Source: Eledone cirrhosa
Lineage: Eukaryota
Reading direction: 5' to 3'
Length of the DNA stretch: 64,000 nt
Assembly: GCA_964016885.1 (NCBI GenBank)
Contig: OZ024740.1
Span: forward strand, 281,542,001-281,606,000
Position numbers and translations under genes: made by a program. Of the stretch, positions 1 through 15,313 are shown one piece after another (the first letter of the stretch is position 1; the number at the start of each line of letters is the position of its first letter). The notes below the pieces were generated by a model that worked only from the letters and a program-made list of their open reading frames with translations, was not told the DNA's origin and searched no databases.

Positions 1-59
1 ATTTGTATGTGTGGATGTGTGTGTGTCTGTGGAGGTGGGTGTGAGTGTATGTGCAAGTC

Positions 60-610
60 AACCAACATAAGTCTTTTTATATGTAAACTTTCTAGTATTT
101 GACTATAACACATAAATTCCTCAATTTAAGAATGACCTGTAGTATCGAATTTCATACCATAAACCTCAATTGAATCTGACCAGGAATGCTTTTTGTGAAA
201 ATCAGTCATATGGAACTATTGTCATCTTGCCTGACGGTTTGAACTTTACAACACCACCTGCCTCTTTGAGGTCAAATACCAACCCTACTAGCATCTACAA
301 ACTGACCAATGACAACTAAGAATATTCCTGCTGACTATATTAAATTATCCCTAACAAGCTCATATATCCCAAGGCTCTGAAACCATCAACATCAAAAACA
401 CAGAGCTGGCATATCTAAGAACTGACTAACTGCCTGAGGAGGTCATAGCCATTCAATGGCTATCATCGAAATATATATAGCAGTAAATAAAGGATTATGA
501 GTTCATGCAATTTACTTATGTTTCGTCACTATTATAACTCCGGAACTTATATCTTCGTTGAGCGCTCCCTATCCGCATACTGAAATACTGGATTTTACCA
601 ACACTTTCTT
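60..610 (+). mobile_element. Decayed 3' end/pLTR of a Penelope-like element
   Basis: Remnant ...LPDGLN-like C-terminus near 225-246, then a hammerhead motif, AATAAA and a (TA)n tract. Confidence 0.45.
429..484 (+). ncRNA. Type I hammerhead ribozyme motif
   Basis: ACTGC-CTGAGGA-stem II (ATAGCCAT/ATGGCTAT)-GAAA-TATATA-TA-GCAGT; stem I is ACTGC/GCAGT. Confidence 0.7.
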
Positions 611-611
611 G

Positions 612-662
<51 letters not shown>

Positions 663-762
663 TCATTTTACGACCGCTTTTCCCTGCTTGCATATATATA
701 AATAAAAACAAAATTAGTATTTGGTTTTTCGATCTAACATAAGTGGATACGTAAATGTATTC

Positions 763-1605
763 GTGAGTTTTATATCGAATAATAATAATATTCGATTCAT
801 TTGCAAGCAAACGGCCTCAATACGGTATATTTTCTAGATGACCAACGTCATCATTTTGTTTTAGTGGTGGCAAGACAGACAATCAACAACGTCGTTTCAT
901 TGTCAAGATTGTGTGTCAATCAATAAGAGTCTTAAAAATATATAATCTTTTCTAAAGTTTCGATGTTATTTACAATTGTATAAATAACTTTACAAACGGG
1001 AAGGTGTAAAGAGAGGCAGATCTGGCTGTATAGGAAAGTAGACGAAAGGATCATAAAAGCCATAAATAAGAGGAAAGTGGGGGAAAAGGCTAGGACTCTG
1101 GGACCACAGAAGAAGAGGAGAGGACCTAGGACACGGCGGTGTTGGGGTTGCGCCCAGCGGGAAAAACTGCAAAAGCATTTCCTGCGACACCCGCTGCAAC
1201 AGCCACCCAATATCGTGGGGGTTCTTCCTCAGACGCTCTAAGGCCTCGACGGTGACCGGTGCCTGTTTGAGCTCTGGTGGGCACGTCAGGTTCGGACGTC
1301 TTTAAAGTAGACATCGGTTGTTAGAGCGTAAAACCAAATTCTAATTTTCTTGTTAATTTTCGTCAAAGCCAGCCGTAAAATCTTTCGGTATGCAAATAAG
1401 ACTAATCAATCAATGTATACTTTTGAAAATATTATATATTCTCAAGGGTTCTAGTGAGTGACAGAAACAGATACACAATCTTGACTGTTTCTCTATGTCA
1501 CCGCTAGATCAAAAGGATGACGATGGTCATCTAATAAACATAGCGAAATGAGGTTGTTTGCTTGCAAATAAATCGAATATTATTATTATTCGATATAAAA
1601 CTCAC
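763..1605. mobile_element. Non-autonomous element with long (~150 bp) imperfect terminal inverted repeats
   Basis: 763-811 is the near reverse complement of 1556-1605; weaker complementarity continues over ~830-915 versus ~1470-1535. Confidence 0.55.
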
Positions 1606-1840
1606 CCCCACCCCCTCCCCCACATATAACTATAATGTTTTTTATATTTATTTATGTAATAAACAATAGAATATAATTATTCCATTACCCAAGGTTTAAC
1701 GAAGTTAGATGATTCTAACGGAAACGTTTGATATATAATTATATTGTGTGGTTTATTACATAATTAAATAGATCTGTAATATACATAGAGCACTCTTCTT
1801 TCCTTTATCTTTTCCATGGAAATACTTAACACATAAACAC

Positions 1841-1962
1841 CCTGAGTTCAAATCCCACCGAGGTTAACTATGCCTTTCATCCTTACCTGGTCGATAAAAT
1901 AAAGTACCAGTAATGCTCTGGGATAATTGCTTGCCTTTTGCCAAAAGTAGAAACAATTATTA
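1841..1962 (+). mobile_element. tRNA-derived SINE family A, 5'-truncated
   Basis: B-box GAGTTCAAATCCC, then GCCTTTCATCCTTAC...GTCGATAAAATAAAGTACCAG core and AAAGTAGAAACAATT tail shared with six other copies. Confidence 0.85.
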
Positions 1963-1991
1963 TTCGTTGTCATGCAGGAAATGTATATATA

Positions 1992-2884
1992 CGAGGTGTA
2001 TTAGAAAAGTAACAGGGCTTAGTGTGCTGTGTGAGCTATGAGTGGGGTAGGGATTAGCGTGTTGCCTCACCATGTGACGTATCTGGGGAGTATGTATTTG
2101 CGATCTTAGCTCTCTGCAGCTATTGTATATTTTTTTCATGTGCTTTTGTTAACAGCTTCTCAATTTTAGGCCGTTAAGCGAGGGGCAGAGAACAACAGTC
2201 AGCTTGACTTTTTTGATCCGCCTTAGGAAAACTCCGTCAGAAGCACTCGGAATACTGCGGCAAGTATACGGAGATGAGACGATGTCATGCTCATGGATTT
2301 TTGAGTGGCACAAAATATTCAAAGAGAGGCGCGAAGATAATACCAGGAACGGAAAGCCTTCAACGAGCAGGACTGAGACCAACGCTAAGCGCGTGAAGCA
2401 GGTCATGCGTGACGATCTTAGACTGATTGTTTGATTGATTGCAAGTGAGCTGGGCATGAACCGTGACGGCGTTTGGAAAATTATCTCCGAAGATTTTGGG
2501 TATCTGGATAGTCTACGGGAAGATGGTGCCAACGTTACTGAACAATGACCAGAAGAAATGATGCGTACAGGTGTGTCAGGACATCCTTGAGCATCTCGAA
2601 ACCAAACCAGTTTTGCTGGGCTCAGTCATTACCGGTGATGAGATATGGATGGTTTTTTTTCCGAACGTGGAAGCCATCAAGATGACCGTGATGATGGAGC
2701 TACGGAGAATCCCGGAATAATACTTGCGTAGCGGAAGAGAATGGGAAAGTGCGTTTGAATCGAGGAGAGGAATATTTTGAAGAGGAACACTTGTAGTTTG
2801 TAGTTTGGATTTGAAATATATATATATAAATTTTTTTTTTTTTTTTTTGCGACCCCAGTTCTGTTTGATTTCTGATACATCTCG
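1992..2884 (+). mobile_element. Decayed mariner (Tc1/mariner) element
   Basis: TIRs CGAGGTGTATTAGAAAAG / reverse complement CGAGATGTATCAGAAATC, flanked by TA. HTH peptide LRQVYGDETMS...FEWHKIFKE and ITGDE-like motif near 2628. Confidence 0.85.
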
Positions 2885-5398
2885 TAACGTATAGCATTTA
2901 CATAAACCAACATAAACCACTTATATATTGTAAGGAATGGCCATTTTGTCTCATAAGTATTGCTCTTCCGCCGCTATCTATAAATGGAGAACGGAAGAAG
3001 GAAACGACAGATATTTTATAAGGGGAAGAACACTAAAGAGAAAATTAGGGACAGCAGGGAATAGAGATGCACAGACACTGTGTAAAACACAGGAATAGAA
3101 TAAGACAGGCAGGAAAAATAATGTGATTTTGTAATTTATGTTGTTAAAATTCTCCATTAAACAATACAAAGTGAAAATGTATTTCATAATTCTTGAATCC
3201 AAAACTAAGGCACTAAATCTGAAACTAAATTAATGTGCCAATAGCGTAAAAAATATTAATATAAAAATTCTACTGTAGGTGTAACTACAGGGATCTTAAC
3301 ATTTTATAGGGTATATATATATATGAATTATTACCTCCTTACGGACAACTGACGCTGCACACCAGGTCCGATCACAAAAGAGCCGAACCCCCACTGTCAT
3401 CGCCTCCATCTCTCTTGCCCGCCCCATCTCTCTGTATTATGAGCAAATGGGGTCCCACGTGCTGGCCATACCACGGCCCCGGCGGACAGAATGGAAAAGG
3501 CGTTTCCCCGCTGGAAGAGCCATTCTACCTCACGAGGCTCACACCTGCAGCTAGCCAGCTCGGCGCCTATGGCCAAGGACACCAGAAGCCTCCACTGCTA
3601 GGGACTCGACTGCAAACCTGTCGAAGAGCGACCGAGAGAGTGAAGATGACTGCGGCGCTTTATCAATATTTTTTATCATAATCTCCTCTGGCAGCTTTCA
3701 GTTGGTTTTGTATATTTCTGAAAATAAACTAATTTCACAAAAGTTGATATCTCAAATTGTGTCAGTAAAATTAGTTGGTTATAACTGTTTCAATTCTAGA
3801 ATACGACAGAAGTCAATTGATTTGCCATTTGAATTTCAAAATCTTCAATATCCTGTCAAATATATCTGTACCATGACTATCAATGAATCTTATGGCCAAT
3901 TATTCAAAGTTGTTGGATAAACTGATAGCGTGAAAAGCCATAAAACAGTTTGGTATAGATATGAATCTTATTACCTCAAGCATTCGCTTGAATGCTAGTT
4001 AATTAATTTTTCTCCAACGAATATTACAATGTATTTTACTACGTCAGTAACTATTAACAATGATTTTACTTTCGATCCATGTTCAACAATATGAAGAGAA
4101 ACATAATGTATTTCAAGTTGTAGCGATACGAGAGTAATTCATAGTAGATAGTAGAGTGGGGAATTTATGTCTGTTGAAATCATGAATTTTTATAAGTATT
4201 TCATCATTAGTTGAATCAATATTTATATCATCCGTGCCCTTTCATTGTAGTTAAATCTCAGTGAGCAAATTACTGGCATTATTTATAGTATCTATTAATT
4301 AAAAATCTGTGTGTAGTTATTGATTTATCTTACGGATAGAGTTGAGATATTCAGGAATGCTGGAATTACGGCTATTACTGATTTCCTCAAATTTATTAGT
4401 GACATAAGTCAAGTAAAGTGGTTACAACTAAGATACATATCGTAGAGACGGAATGTAATTATATTAACTCTACCGTGTTTTATTAGTTGTTTCGTTAATT
4501 ATTATTAGATAATCAAGTCAAGTAAAGACAATGTTTCATATGAAAATTGTGTAATTGCATTATGTAATGGCTTCATTTTCTGATACAAAACTATATTGAC
4601 AATAGTGAAAAAGCTTTTAGAACAGTGCTTTCACATATCATATTGTGAGATTCGATTATTAAACTGAAGGTCGCTATTTTGAAAGAATATTAACAAATTA
4701 GGCAATATGTCAATATTACATTTATTTTATTTATTCATTCCTTTATTTATTTTATTTATTTATTTATTTATCTATTTATTTTGAAGAATCAAAACAGAAG
4801 AAATAATAAAAAAAAATATCTCGCTTTTGGATATAGTATGACTGATATGTAATATAATGTGTTCAAATGTATGATTAATCATTGATATACATTTTTCGTG
4901 AGATAACCAGTAGTGATATATTATTTTTTCTCCTTTCGTATTTATATTCATAAAAGCTATTTTCTTCTTTATTTTACTGAGAAGACTGATATCAAAAGAT
5001 AAGTGAAGGTTTATTAGATAGACGAAATCTTTGTCTCATCAGAAAACCAATAGATAAACTATGATACTGGATATGAGATAGGGTATTACAATGGGGTGGA
5101 ATGGTGGGAGCGTAGATAAATATAATATCCTATGAGTTGGTATATGTCATATATTATTTGATAGTTGTCAGAAGCCAGAAAATTTGTCCTGTGCAATGTA
5201 ATTAAGTTGTTGCTATTGTTGCTGTTGTTGTTGCTGTTGTTTTTATTGTTGTTGTTGTGGTTCCTGTTGTCAGATCTGATAGTCATAAATATATCATTTT
5301 TTATAATGATTTATTTATTTGCCGTATAGGGAAAACCTAGCTGACTAATATTCATTTACAGTAGCACGAACACAGGGTGATTCAGAATAGAGATGTAT

Positions 5399-5532
5399 TT
5401 AAAAACATACACAAAATGTTTATATATAATATACATACATATAATTTCACTGAGTATATATATATATATAAATACTCACAGTGAGATTATATGAATGTAT
5501 ATTATATATAAACATTTTGTGTATGTTTTTAA
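5399..5532. repeat. AT-rich palindrome (~55 bp arms) beside (TA)n
   Basis: TTAAAAACATACACAAAATGTTTATATATAATATACAT... is mirrored at 5480-5532. Confidence 0.8.
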
Positions 5533-5672
5533 ATATATATATATGTTTTAAATTTATATATATATGTTTTTGAATATATATATATATATAACAGATTATA
5601 AATTTATATATTTGATATATATTTATCCTTATCGAGCCCTCTTTGGATTTTAGTCTTCACATTTATTATTAT

Positions 5673-5748
<76 letters not shown>

Positions 5749-5753
<5 letters not shown>

Positions 5754-5959
5754 AAAAGAGTCAGGGCCCCGACGGCTGAGCTTCGGCCGTTTCGACAGCT
5801 AGATCTGTCTAGCCTTCAGTTCAGATCTAGTTGTCGAAACGGCCGGAGCTCAGCTGTCGGGGTCCTGACTCTTTTCCTATTACCCACTCTACTACCCTAA
5901 GTATCGAATACTCTGCTGCGTTATGGTCCACCTGGTTCCTTACCACAATTCCTTCGTTA
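5749..5959 (+). mobile_element. Hairpin-plus-tail repeat family H, copy 1 (3' half of a hammerhead inside a ~130 bp fold-back)
   Basis: Hairpin 5749-5880, then an 80 bp tail TACCCACTCTAC...CCTTCGTTA. Homologous copies at 23843, 44629 and 55173. Confidence 0.85.
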
Positions 5960-6146
5960 AAGTTCATAGGTTGATTAAGATACTCTTATGGAATGGCCAA
6001 ATTAAGCTTATTTTTTTCAACATAGTCCCTGGAAAGAAACAATACCGTTATTAATAAGAAGAGTTGAAATTAATGCATGGAAGATTTCACAGCTCTAGCA
6101 TCACTCCTTCATAATCAGCATATGGACCTTTCAGCCCATCCTCGTA
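5960..6146. mobile_element. MITE/deletion derivative of the mariner at 24017-25243
   Basis: Left part matches ~24035-24105; right part matches ~25150-25243 and ends CAGCCCATCCTCGTA. Confidence 0.75.
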
Positions 6147-8073
6147 TATACGGCATTCTTGTACACTTAGTGAGGTAACTGTGATATGATTACAGTTTAA
6201 ATTACTCACAACGAGACTATACATATACTATACTGTCCGATACATAAACAAATTGCATATGCTCAATATAAGCCTTTAATCAGAATCACACTGCATTAGT
6301 GCTATTACTAATTAATATTGGCCCACCATAATTGCACTATATGTAAATAAGCCATTATCAAAAATAAGTTGTCTTCAAAGACTACATATAAGAGGTTATT
6401 GACTCCCGTGTCTCAGTATACTGCAGTAAGTAAGCGTTCGTTGAAGATGGATTAACGATCTTGGATTATATCCATAAAGTGCTACCATGGTATCTGTAAT
6501 ATTATCACAGCCTAAAATACTCACGGTGATTCTATATGTATGTCTATTAGCCATAAATGAATTGTATATGTTTCAATGTACACCTTTATTTTGAATCGCG
6601 CTGTGTTATTGCTTTTGCTAATAAACAATAAATAATATATTCTAATAGGCTCTTTCTTTTTCACATATGTATAACATATAATTATGACTGTAGCAATATA
6701 TGGATGTATATATTGCTACGGTCATAATTATATAAACTATGACATATACCAACGCATAAGATATTATATTTATCTACGCTCCACCATTCCACCCCATATA
6801 CCACAAACACACGCTCAAAGTTGATCTACATAACTCTAAAATTAACACATGTACATATTTATAAGTAATCAAATATTTATACACACTTACAATCTCTATG
6901 GGACATCCCGTTTACATATTCATTTTCTATAAGTAAAGAACCATAGGGAATTTGAGTTGCTTTGATAAATTATCTGGAAAATTTACATTATATATTCTGT
7001 TTAAATGTTAACAAATATGTTCTAGAATTTTATTTCTAAATGATTTAACAGATAAACCAATTATATATTTCACACACAGGATAAAAAATTTAAATATTCG
7101 TAATTCACTGTATGAGATTATATATATTCATTTAGTAATCCACCTCCCGCCAACACAACTGTGGGTAAGATTATACTATATCTGAAGATCTCAAACAAAG
7201 GCAAAATGACAGGAGCTATCTCCCGAACTTGTCGATGAGAAAATATATAAATCATCAACTAATTATACTTGCATGTTTAGATGAATATGTTATCTTCTCC
7301 TTTTCAACCTATGAAGTATTGAAAAATCTCTAACCCACTTCACAGTGTTCATCAGTAGATGATTAGCCATATCCATTTCAATAAAGCAAACATGTGATAT
7401 AGTATAATATTGATGTCTTTCCTAAGTTCAATATTTATGTAAGATATCATTGAAACCAGATAGTGAAGGTGATCGCCATTACAATATTGCCGATATATTT
7501 ACAGTTATTCTGTTGTTACGTTTCCTTAAACGATTTTTGATAAATTTGTTCTAATGCTTTAAATGTGTAGAAGGACAGCTGTATTAATAGGCTCTTCGCG
7601 TGTCATACTAATTATTTATTATAATAATTTCTCTTCAAAACTTTCTATTGTCCTTAGGAAGGATACATGTAAATAAAAAAAACCTTGATTCACAACCCCA
7701 CCCCCATATTTAAAATATTTTCTCAGTTGTAATAACTTAAGCATTGTTACTGCTTCAGAATTAGTGTAGAAGCGTTTATAAAATACGTGAACAACTGTGA
7801 CTGTCTATTTTCAATATCTAGAAGAACTACCGAGTCAAGTGGTTTGCGATATCTCCGAAACTATCGATAGCTTAGCGAATGAAAGGCTCGTAGTGATTTT
7901 CAGATTTAACGTTTAAATTCATTATATATCTATATATATATAAATGTATGTACAGTATATTTGGTAATATACTGTATGTTTAATTAAAAACATCATTTTG
8001 AAGGCCTTGCGCTATTATTTTAAAGTAGTGACTATGTCACTTACTTCTTTTTTCGTCAAAGGAAGGGAGAGAA

Positions 8074-8114
8074 GCTGACAGATTCTGTTTCACACTGTTG
8101 GTGTTCCTCAGAGC
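8074..8114 (-). ncRNA. Type I hammerhead ribozyme motif
   Basis: Reverse complement of the 8375-8415 motif. Confidence 0.85.
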
Positions 8115-8374
8115 TGAAAAAAAGAAGTAAGTGACATAGTCACTACTTTAAAATAATAGCGCAAGGTCTTGAAAATGTGTTTAATTAAACATACAGTATA
8201 TTACCAAATATACTATACATACATTCATGTATACATCGCTATTTCAGAGCACCAATCCTAATTTTTAATTTTTTCTGGACCGGCAATCGCTCTGTATAAT
8301 CAGTTCCTGATTATTACTGGAATTCTATAAGAATCCAGCCTCTATAATTTTCGGCAGAGGTCGGCGAGTACGTC

Positions 8375-8415
8375 GCTCTGAGGAACACCAACAGTGTGAA
8401 ACAGAATCTGTCAGC
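8375..8415 (+). ncRNA. Type I hammerhead ribozyme motif
   Basis: GCT-CTGAGGA-ACAC-CAACA-GTGT-GAAA-CAGA-A-TCTG-TC-AGC; GUC cleavage triplet. Confidence 0.88.
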
Positions 8416-8575
8416 TTCTCTCCCTTCCTTTGCTGAAAAAAGAAGTAAGTGTCATAGGCACTACTTTAAAATAATAGCGCAAGGTCTTCAAAATATTTTT
8501 AATTAAACATATGGTATATTGCCAAATATACTATATATACATTCGTGTCTACATCGCTATTTCACAACACCAATC

Positions 8576-8626
<51 letters not shown>

Positions 8627-9605
8627 TAGTAGACCACCCACGACCCGTCGGGTCACGTTCACTTAGAATCATTTTGAAATAATTTAAATATACACAGACA
8701 TGTATATAGTGTAGAATGACACCACACACATATTGGGTCGGCAATGAACTAGGAATACTAGATCCTCCGTCAATGTCTGGGTGAGCAAAAATAGATTTCT
8801 ATCTGCATTGAAATTTACGAACTTGTGCATCTGCTGTGGTGTCAAACACAAACGTACACGACCGCACAGATGAGCAATGGACTATGCCACGTGGGTTGAA
8901 CTTGCAAGTGAATTGAAGGATCTGTAACTCTGATATACAGATTATTTATTATTAAGATGTATAAACTTGACATAACTATTTTCATCTTATATTCTCTCAA
9001 CTAATCACATTTGATTATATTTCTCTATCCCGTTTTCTCCCCCCATATTTATAATATTTTTATTTGACAAAATCGGTTTTTTTACATTGTGTTTTTCCCT
9101 TCTAATACATGCTTATATTTTTTTATATATTCCCTATATATTTTTTATATATTCCCTATATATTTTTTATATATATATTTTTTTATCTTTATTCTTATTT
9201 TCACTCTTATCCTCCTTTATATTTTACCTTATTCTTACTTTTATACCTTATTATAGTGTAATCTTCCCCATGCCTTATTATACATTATTAATTACAGATT
9301 ATTATTACTCTTTTTCCATTTCTAATTACCTCCTCCATTATATATATATTGTATGCCCTTTGTATGTGTGTAGCCTCTGCACACCCTCTGCACCCTACTA
9401 TCGACGCCACCCCATCTATGGCTCCACTAACCACTCGACTCCCGGGAATGAATATGACCACAGCTAGTAAACAAGGACCCACACCCCACCCCCCCGCACC
9501 AAAATTAGACTTATCGTCCCCTGCTTTTGCTCTTTACTCTCTTTACTCTTTGTTCTTGAATGTTTGGTTGGTAGAGTCCATAACACCAATCAAACCCCTT
9601 TTATA

Positions 9606-9650
9606 GCTCTGACGAATCCTACGGTTACGTAAGGAAGAAACATTGTAAGC
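9606..9650 (+). ncRNA. Type I hammerhead ribozyme motif
   Basis: GCT-CTGACGA-aTCCT...AGGAa-GAAA-CATTG-TA-AGC, then AATAAA. Same family as 48516-48553. Confidence 0.7.
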
Positions 9651-9695
9651 CAATAAAAATCTTTTGATGTTGTAGACGCTCTTGTGTTCTTTATC

Positions 9696-9895
<200 letters not shown>

Positions 9896-10289
9896 GCACA
9901 TACACTATCTCTTTCTCTCTATCTTTCTCCCTCTCTATTTATGAAGGTACCCGAAAAAAACGTATCTCGAGAACCCGTGCTCCGATTTATGCGAAACTTG
10001 TTTTATTCCATTTGTATTCTCATTTCAGGGGCAACTTCCCTTTAAAGTATGTTCCCATTATGTGTCGTTTCGGCAGTATTAAATTGCAGAAAAGCACACA
10101 ATCACACATTTTTAGTAGTATATAGATAAACGTATACTATCACTCGCTCTGATCTACCGACTTTTCCAGATCTCATTCGCTCGCCGAGTGGGTTGAACCT
10201 CATCAAATTAGACCAAGGAAACAATGTTTCCATTGGTCTTTCCATTGCTGATACTATCTATCGGTTGCAATTCCTGGTAGAAAGAGGAA

Positions 10290-10402
10290 GGTGAAATAAA
10301 GTGTCTTGCTCAAGGACACAACACATCACCCAATCTGAGAATTGAACTCGCAACCTCACGATTACGAATCCAATCTTTAGCCACTAAGACACGCGTCTTC
10401 AC
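10290..10402 (-). mobile_element. tRNA-derived SINE family B
   Basis: Minus strand reads CTTAGTGGCTAAAG...GAGTTCAATTC...TGTGTCCTTGAGCAAGACACTT; homolog at 38615. Confidence 0.75.
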
Positions 10403-10666
10403 ATAAACGTATACTATATGTCTTCATATTCTGAATGATATCGTATCTGCATATCTGCAGATATTGCTTTAATGTCAGTATAACATGTTACCACGTATGA
10501 ATAGATAAATCTGTAAAGTATTAATGGAAACACTAGCTTAGTAACTGCGACAGGCGTTTGATGGTAGTCTTGTGAGCGATCGTTAAATGGTATGGTCGTT
10601 AAGTGAAAAGGGGCTGTAATAGAAAATTTGGCGATAGTCTAATGCAGCATTATTAGTATTATTAGT

Positions 10667-10847
10667 AGGGCAGTATTGGTAGAGCGTCAGACACTATGCT
10701 TTGCAACATAGAGTTATGGCCCTTTGCGTTCTAAGTTCAAATCCCGCCGAGGTTAACTTTGCCTTTCATCCTTACGGGGTCGATAAAATAAAGCACCAGT
10801 AATGCACTGGCTAATTGCTGGCCTTGTGCCAAAAGTAGAAACAATTA
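10667..10847 (+). mobile_element. tRNA-derived SINE family A
   Basis: A-box-like GGCAGTATTGGTAGAG, B-box GTTCAAATCC, shared core and tail. Confidence 0.88.
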
Positions 10848-11012
10848 TTATTGTTATTATTAGTAATATCAGTATCTGTTTCTATCGTAGAACCGACGCA
10901 TTGGTAATAAAAAAACGTCAGTCATTTGTGCCACAGCTGAACCCAGTATTTACAGTATTAACAGCAACAATGTCAGTTATTTGTGATATAAGAGGCCAAA
11001 GTAACTAAATTA

Positions 11013-12703
11013 CACCGTGTAATATATTTTTGTTCCCCGGTTCTAAGTATCATTTCCTGGTTTCGCATATCCCATTATTATAAAATAACACTATTATTTA
11101 ATCAGAAGTTTAGGTTTGTGGTCAGGAGTTTGATATTTCGAAATTTTCATACTTTTCAAGAAAAAACACATTTTTTTTAAATTTATCAGTTCATATAATT
11201 AAATCAACAGAGTATATATTTATTTTATTACACAAACTTATCAAAAGCAAACAAGTAAAAACAAATAACACTTATAAAGCAACTTATACACGTCAGAAAT
11301 GACTGGATTTCCTGGATTTGTGGTTGTAGTCCAGGTCGCATTCCCGCACTAGCCCCCAGATATAGCCCCCCATCATTTTTTCATTGTAGTGGTCCTGGTA
11401 CCTTCGCTCTATCTCTTTTACATCTTGGTGGAATCGTTCGCCTTGTTCATCTGAGTAGGCGCCCATATTGTCCTTGAATTTTTCCAGGTGAGCGTCCAGC
11501 ATATGGAGTTTAAGCGACATTCTGCATCCCATGGCGCCAAAAGCCTTTATCAGATCCTGCACCAGTTGCTGGTAGTTTTCAGCTCTCTAGTTGCCCAGGA
11601 AGCCATTAACAACTGCCTTGAAACAGTTCCATGCTGTTCTCTCAATCCTATTGAGCTTATTGGAGAACTCGGTAGACTCAAACACCTTCTTTATCTGAGG
11701 TCCAACAACAATTCCACCTTTGATTTTGGCCTCAGATAAGTAGGGGAATAACTCAAGAAGGTACTTAAAAGCGGCTGATTCTTGGTTGAGCGCCTTCACA
11801 AACTGCTTTATCAACCCCAACTTAATGTGCAGTGGCGGCATGAGCACAATCCTGGGATCAACCAGTGGCTCCCACATGACGTTCCGGGTCCCAACTACAA
11901 ATTATGTTCGCTGCTCCCAGTTCTTTCCTTTGTAGTGGTCAGAGGTGGCTCTGCTGTCCCAAAGACAGAGGAAGCATTGGAATTTGATAAAGCCTCCTTG
12001 GAGTCCAAGCAGGAAAGCCACCATCCATCTTGAAGTCTCCAATGATTTCCCAATTGTACTGGTTGTATTGCAGAGCTTCCAAGTAATCTTCCTTCAGGCA
12101 GACTGAATGAGCTAGGGGCAGTGTCTGGAACTTGTTTCCATTGTGGAGGAGGACAGCATTCAAACTTGTGGTGGAGCTGTCTATAAATAGCCGCCACTCC
12201 TTGGACACAAACGGCACCCCAATAACGTCAAACAGTCCAGGCACTTCATGGCAGAAGCAAAGGCCATCCCTAAGAGTGTAAAAGCCTGAGAAAACTTCTC
12301 TGACTTGTCACCTGCACTTCCTCCTTGACTAAGTTCCACTGCTTCATCCTGGAGACGAATGCTTAAAACACAACTTACTCTTTATTCAGGGTGCGAAAAT
12401 CCAGTATCAATAAATCTCTTTAATCCACTTTTTAACAATTTTATACTTTAGGTATTACTCTTTATTTTATAATTTTAATTTAACCTGAAACATATATAAA
12501 AAGGAATCATTTAACATAAGCAAATTAAACTTACATACAACGTAAAATCCAGCATACAAATAATTCTAGTGAATAGCTTAGAATTTTTACAAACCCAAAC
12601 TTTCAACTGTTTAATAGCACTTTTTTTTTTATTTGCGACCTAAGCAACTCAAAAAGTGATTACAAGCCAGGAACAGAGAAAAAAAAAGTTTTGTTAGACG
12701 GTG
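11013..12703 (-). mobile_element. Chapaev3-like (CMC) DNA transposon with decayed transposase
   Basis: CACCGT...ACGGTG termini with imperfect TIRs and a TTA duplication (11010-12, 12704-06). Peptides EWRLFIDSS, AVLLHNGN, PPLHIKLGLIKQFVKAL, MSLKLHMLDAHL, SDEQGERFHQD across frameshifts. Confidence 0.8.
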
Positions 12704-13371
12704 TTATTAGCAGTACCAATGCATGTTTTAGGGCTCCGGTCGACCCAAGTATACAGAGAACATTACCAGTAACAGTAATGGTTTGGGGAATGCATCCGAC
12801 CCAAGCATATACAGCATTAGCAATAGAAGTGTTGAGTTTTTGTGCCGTGGCCAATCCAAATATATACATTATTAGCAATAACAGTGGCCAGTTTTGGGTT
12901 ACTTCCGACACAAGCATGTACAGAATTATAAGAAACGTTGATACAACATGGGATTAAATAACATTAACTAATCGATTTGTTAAATTACCATAAATCACCG
13001 TGTCACCCAATCACTATTTCTTATATACTCTTTTATGGTTAAGTAGTATATCAGAATTGTGTTGTGTTACCATGTCAAAACAGTGAACAAATGAGAACTT
13101 GCAACTAAATGCTATATATATTTCAATTTCTCAATGGATGCATAGCAATCTTAGAGATGAAAGGTTAAGTACCTGAAAATCTAAAGCAGAATAAACAGCA
13201 CGAGATGTAAATATCTTCTATCCTGCAGGCCATAATATAAATAAGGTAGTTAATATCTTATGTAACCATAGTGAAATCTATTTTCACCTGTTTCATTCAT
13301 TGCAATATCTTTAATAACTCGATTAAGCCACTAGAAATGAATCAAGTCGCTCTTACTGTATTTCTTGATAA

Positions 13372-13536
13372 TTCTGTACAGTTATTAAACTGAATAAGCT
13401 TGTGCAATTATTTGACAGCACATTTGTGTATTTGTGTGTATATTTCAGTTAATATTTAACATATTGTATATCAGAATTTATATTATGTGCTGTCAAATAA
13501 TTGCACAAGCTTATTCAGTTTAATAACTATACAGAA
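13372..13536. repeat. Inverted repeat (~52 bp arms) within a repeat family also seen at ~40905-41190 and ~63890-63965
   Basis: TTCTGTACAGTTATTAAACTGAATAAGCTTGTGCAATTATTTGACAGCACAT is mirrored at 13485-13536. The copies share a TATCCTGCAGGCCAT motif. Confidence 0.75.
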
Positions 13537-13599
13537 CGGAAAAAATGAAACGAAATTTCATTTCCCACTCTTATTTAACTATACAGAATTATATACATG

Positions 13600-14812
<1,213 letters not shown>

Positions 14813-14828
14813 TATATATATATATATA

Positions 14829-15215
14829 TATTAATAAAAGGAATTCCAGCTTTGCCTGATTTACTCGTTTTATTTACAATCCTTTAAAATTTATAATGGT
14901 ATTAGAATGAAATAGTATGATAGAATATTAAATGTTAAGTGTTAATTGAACAAGTACTTTCATGCTTTCGCAATCTTCTGGTTCATATTCTGTGGTGACC
15001 GTCAAGTTTGCAATTTTCAACTGTTGAAAATTGCAAACTTGACTGTCACCACAGAATATGAACCAGAAGATTGCGAAAGCATGAAAGTACTTGTTCAATT
15101 AACACTTAACATTTAATATTCTATCATACTATTTCATTATAATACCATTATAAATGTTAAAGGATTGTAAATAAAACGAGTAAATCAGACTAAGCTGGAA
15201 TTCCTTTTATTAATA
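14829..15215. repeat. 387 bp near-perfect palindrome centred at 15022 with two variant hammerheads
   Basis: Arms are complementary with a few mismatches. AAC-CAGAAGA-tTGC-GAAA-GCAt-GAAA-GTAC-TT-GTT at 15061-15095 (+) and 14949-14983 (-). Confidence 0.92.
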
Positions 15216-15251
15216 TAATCTTCTATACACAATCATACGCACACGTATATA

Positions 15252-15310
<59 letters not shown>

Positions 15311-15313
<3 letters not shown>

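Larger units (their letters stand above)
7945..8580. repeat. Inverted plus tandem repeat unit carrying two hammerheads (PLE pLTR-like)
   Basis: 7945-8114 is the reverse complement of 8375-8545; 8115-8260 directly repeats 8433-8580; flanked by TA-rich tracts. Confidence 0.85.

Noticed and set aside
1080-3660. GC-richer patches at 1080-1320 and 3330-3660 as host exons
   Set aside because: No recognisable protein motif or consistent splice signals; probably repeat fragments.
10667-10750. tRNA gene at SINE heads
   Set aside because: A and B boxes are present but there is no cloverleaf; they are always fused to the SINE core.
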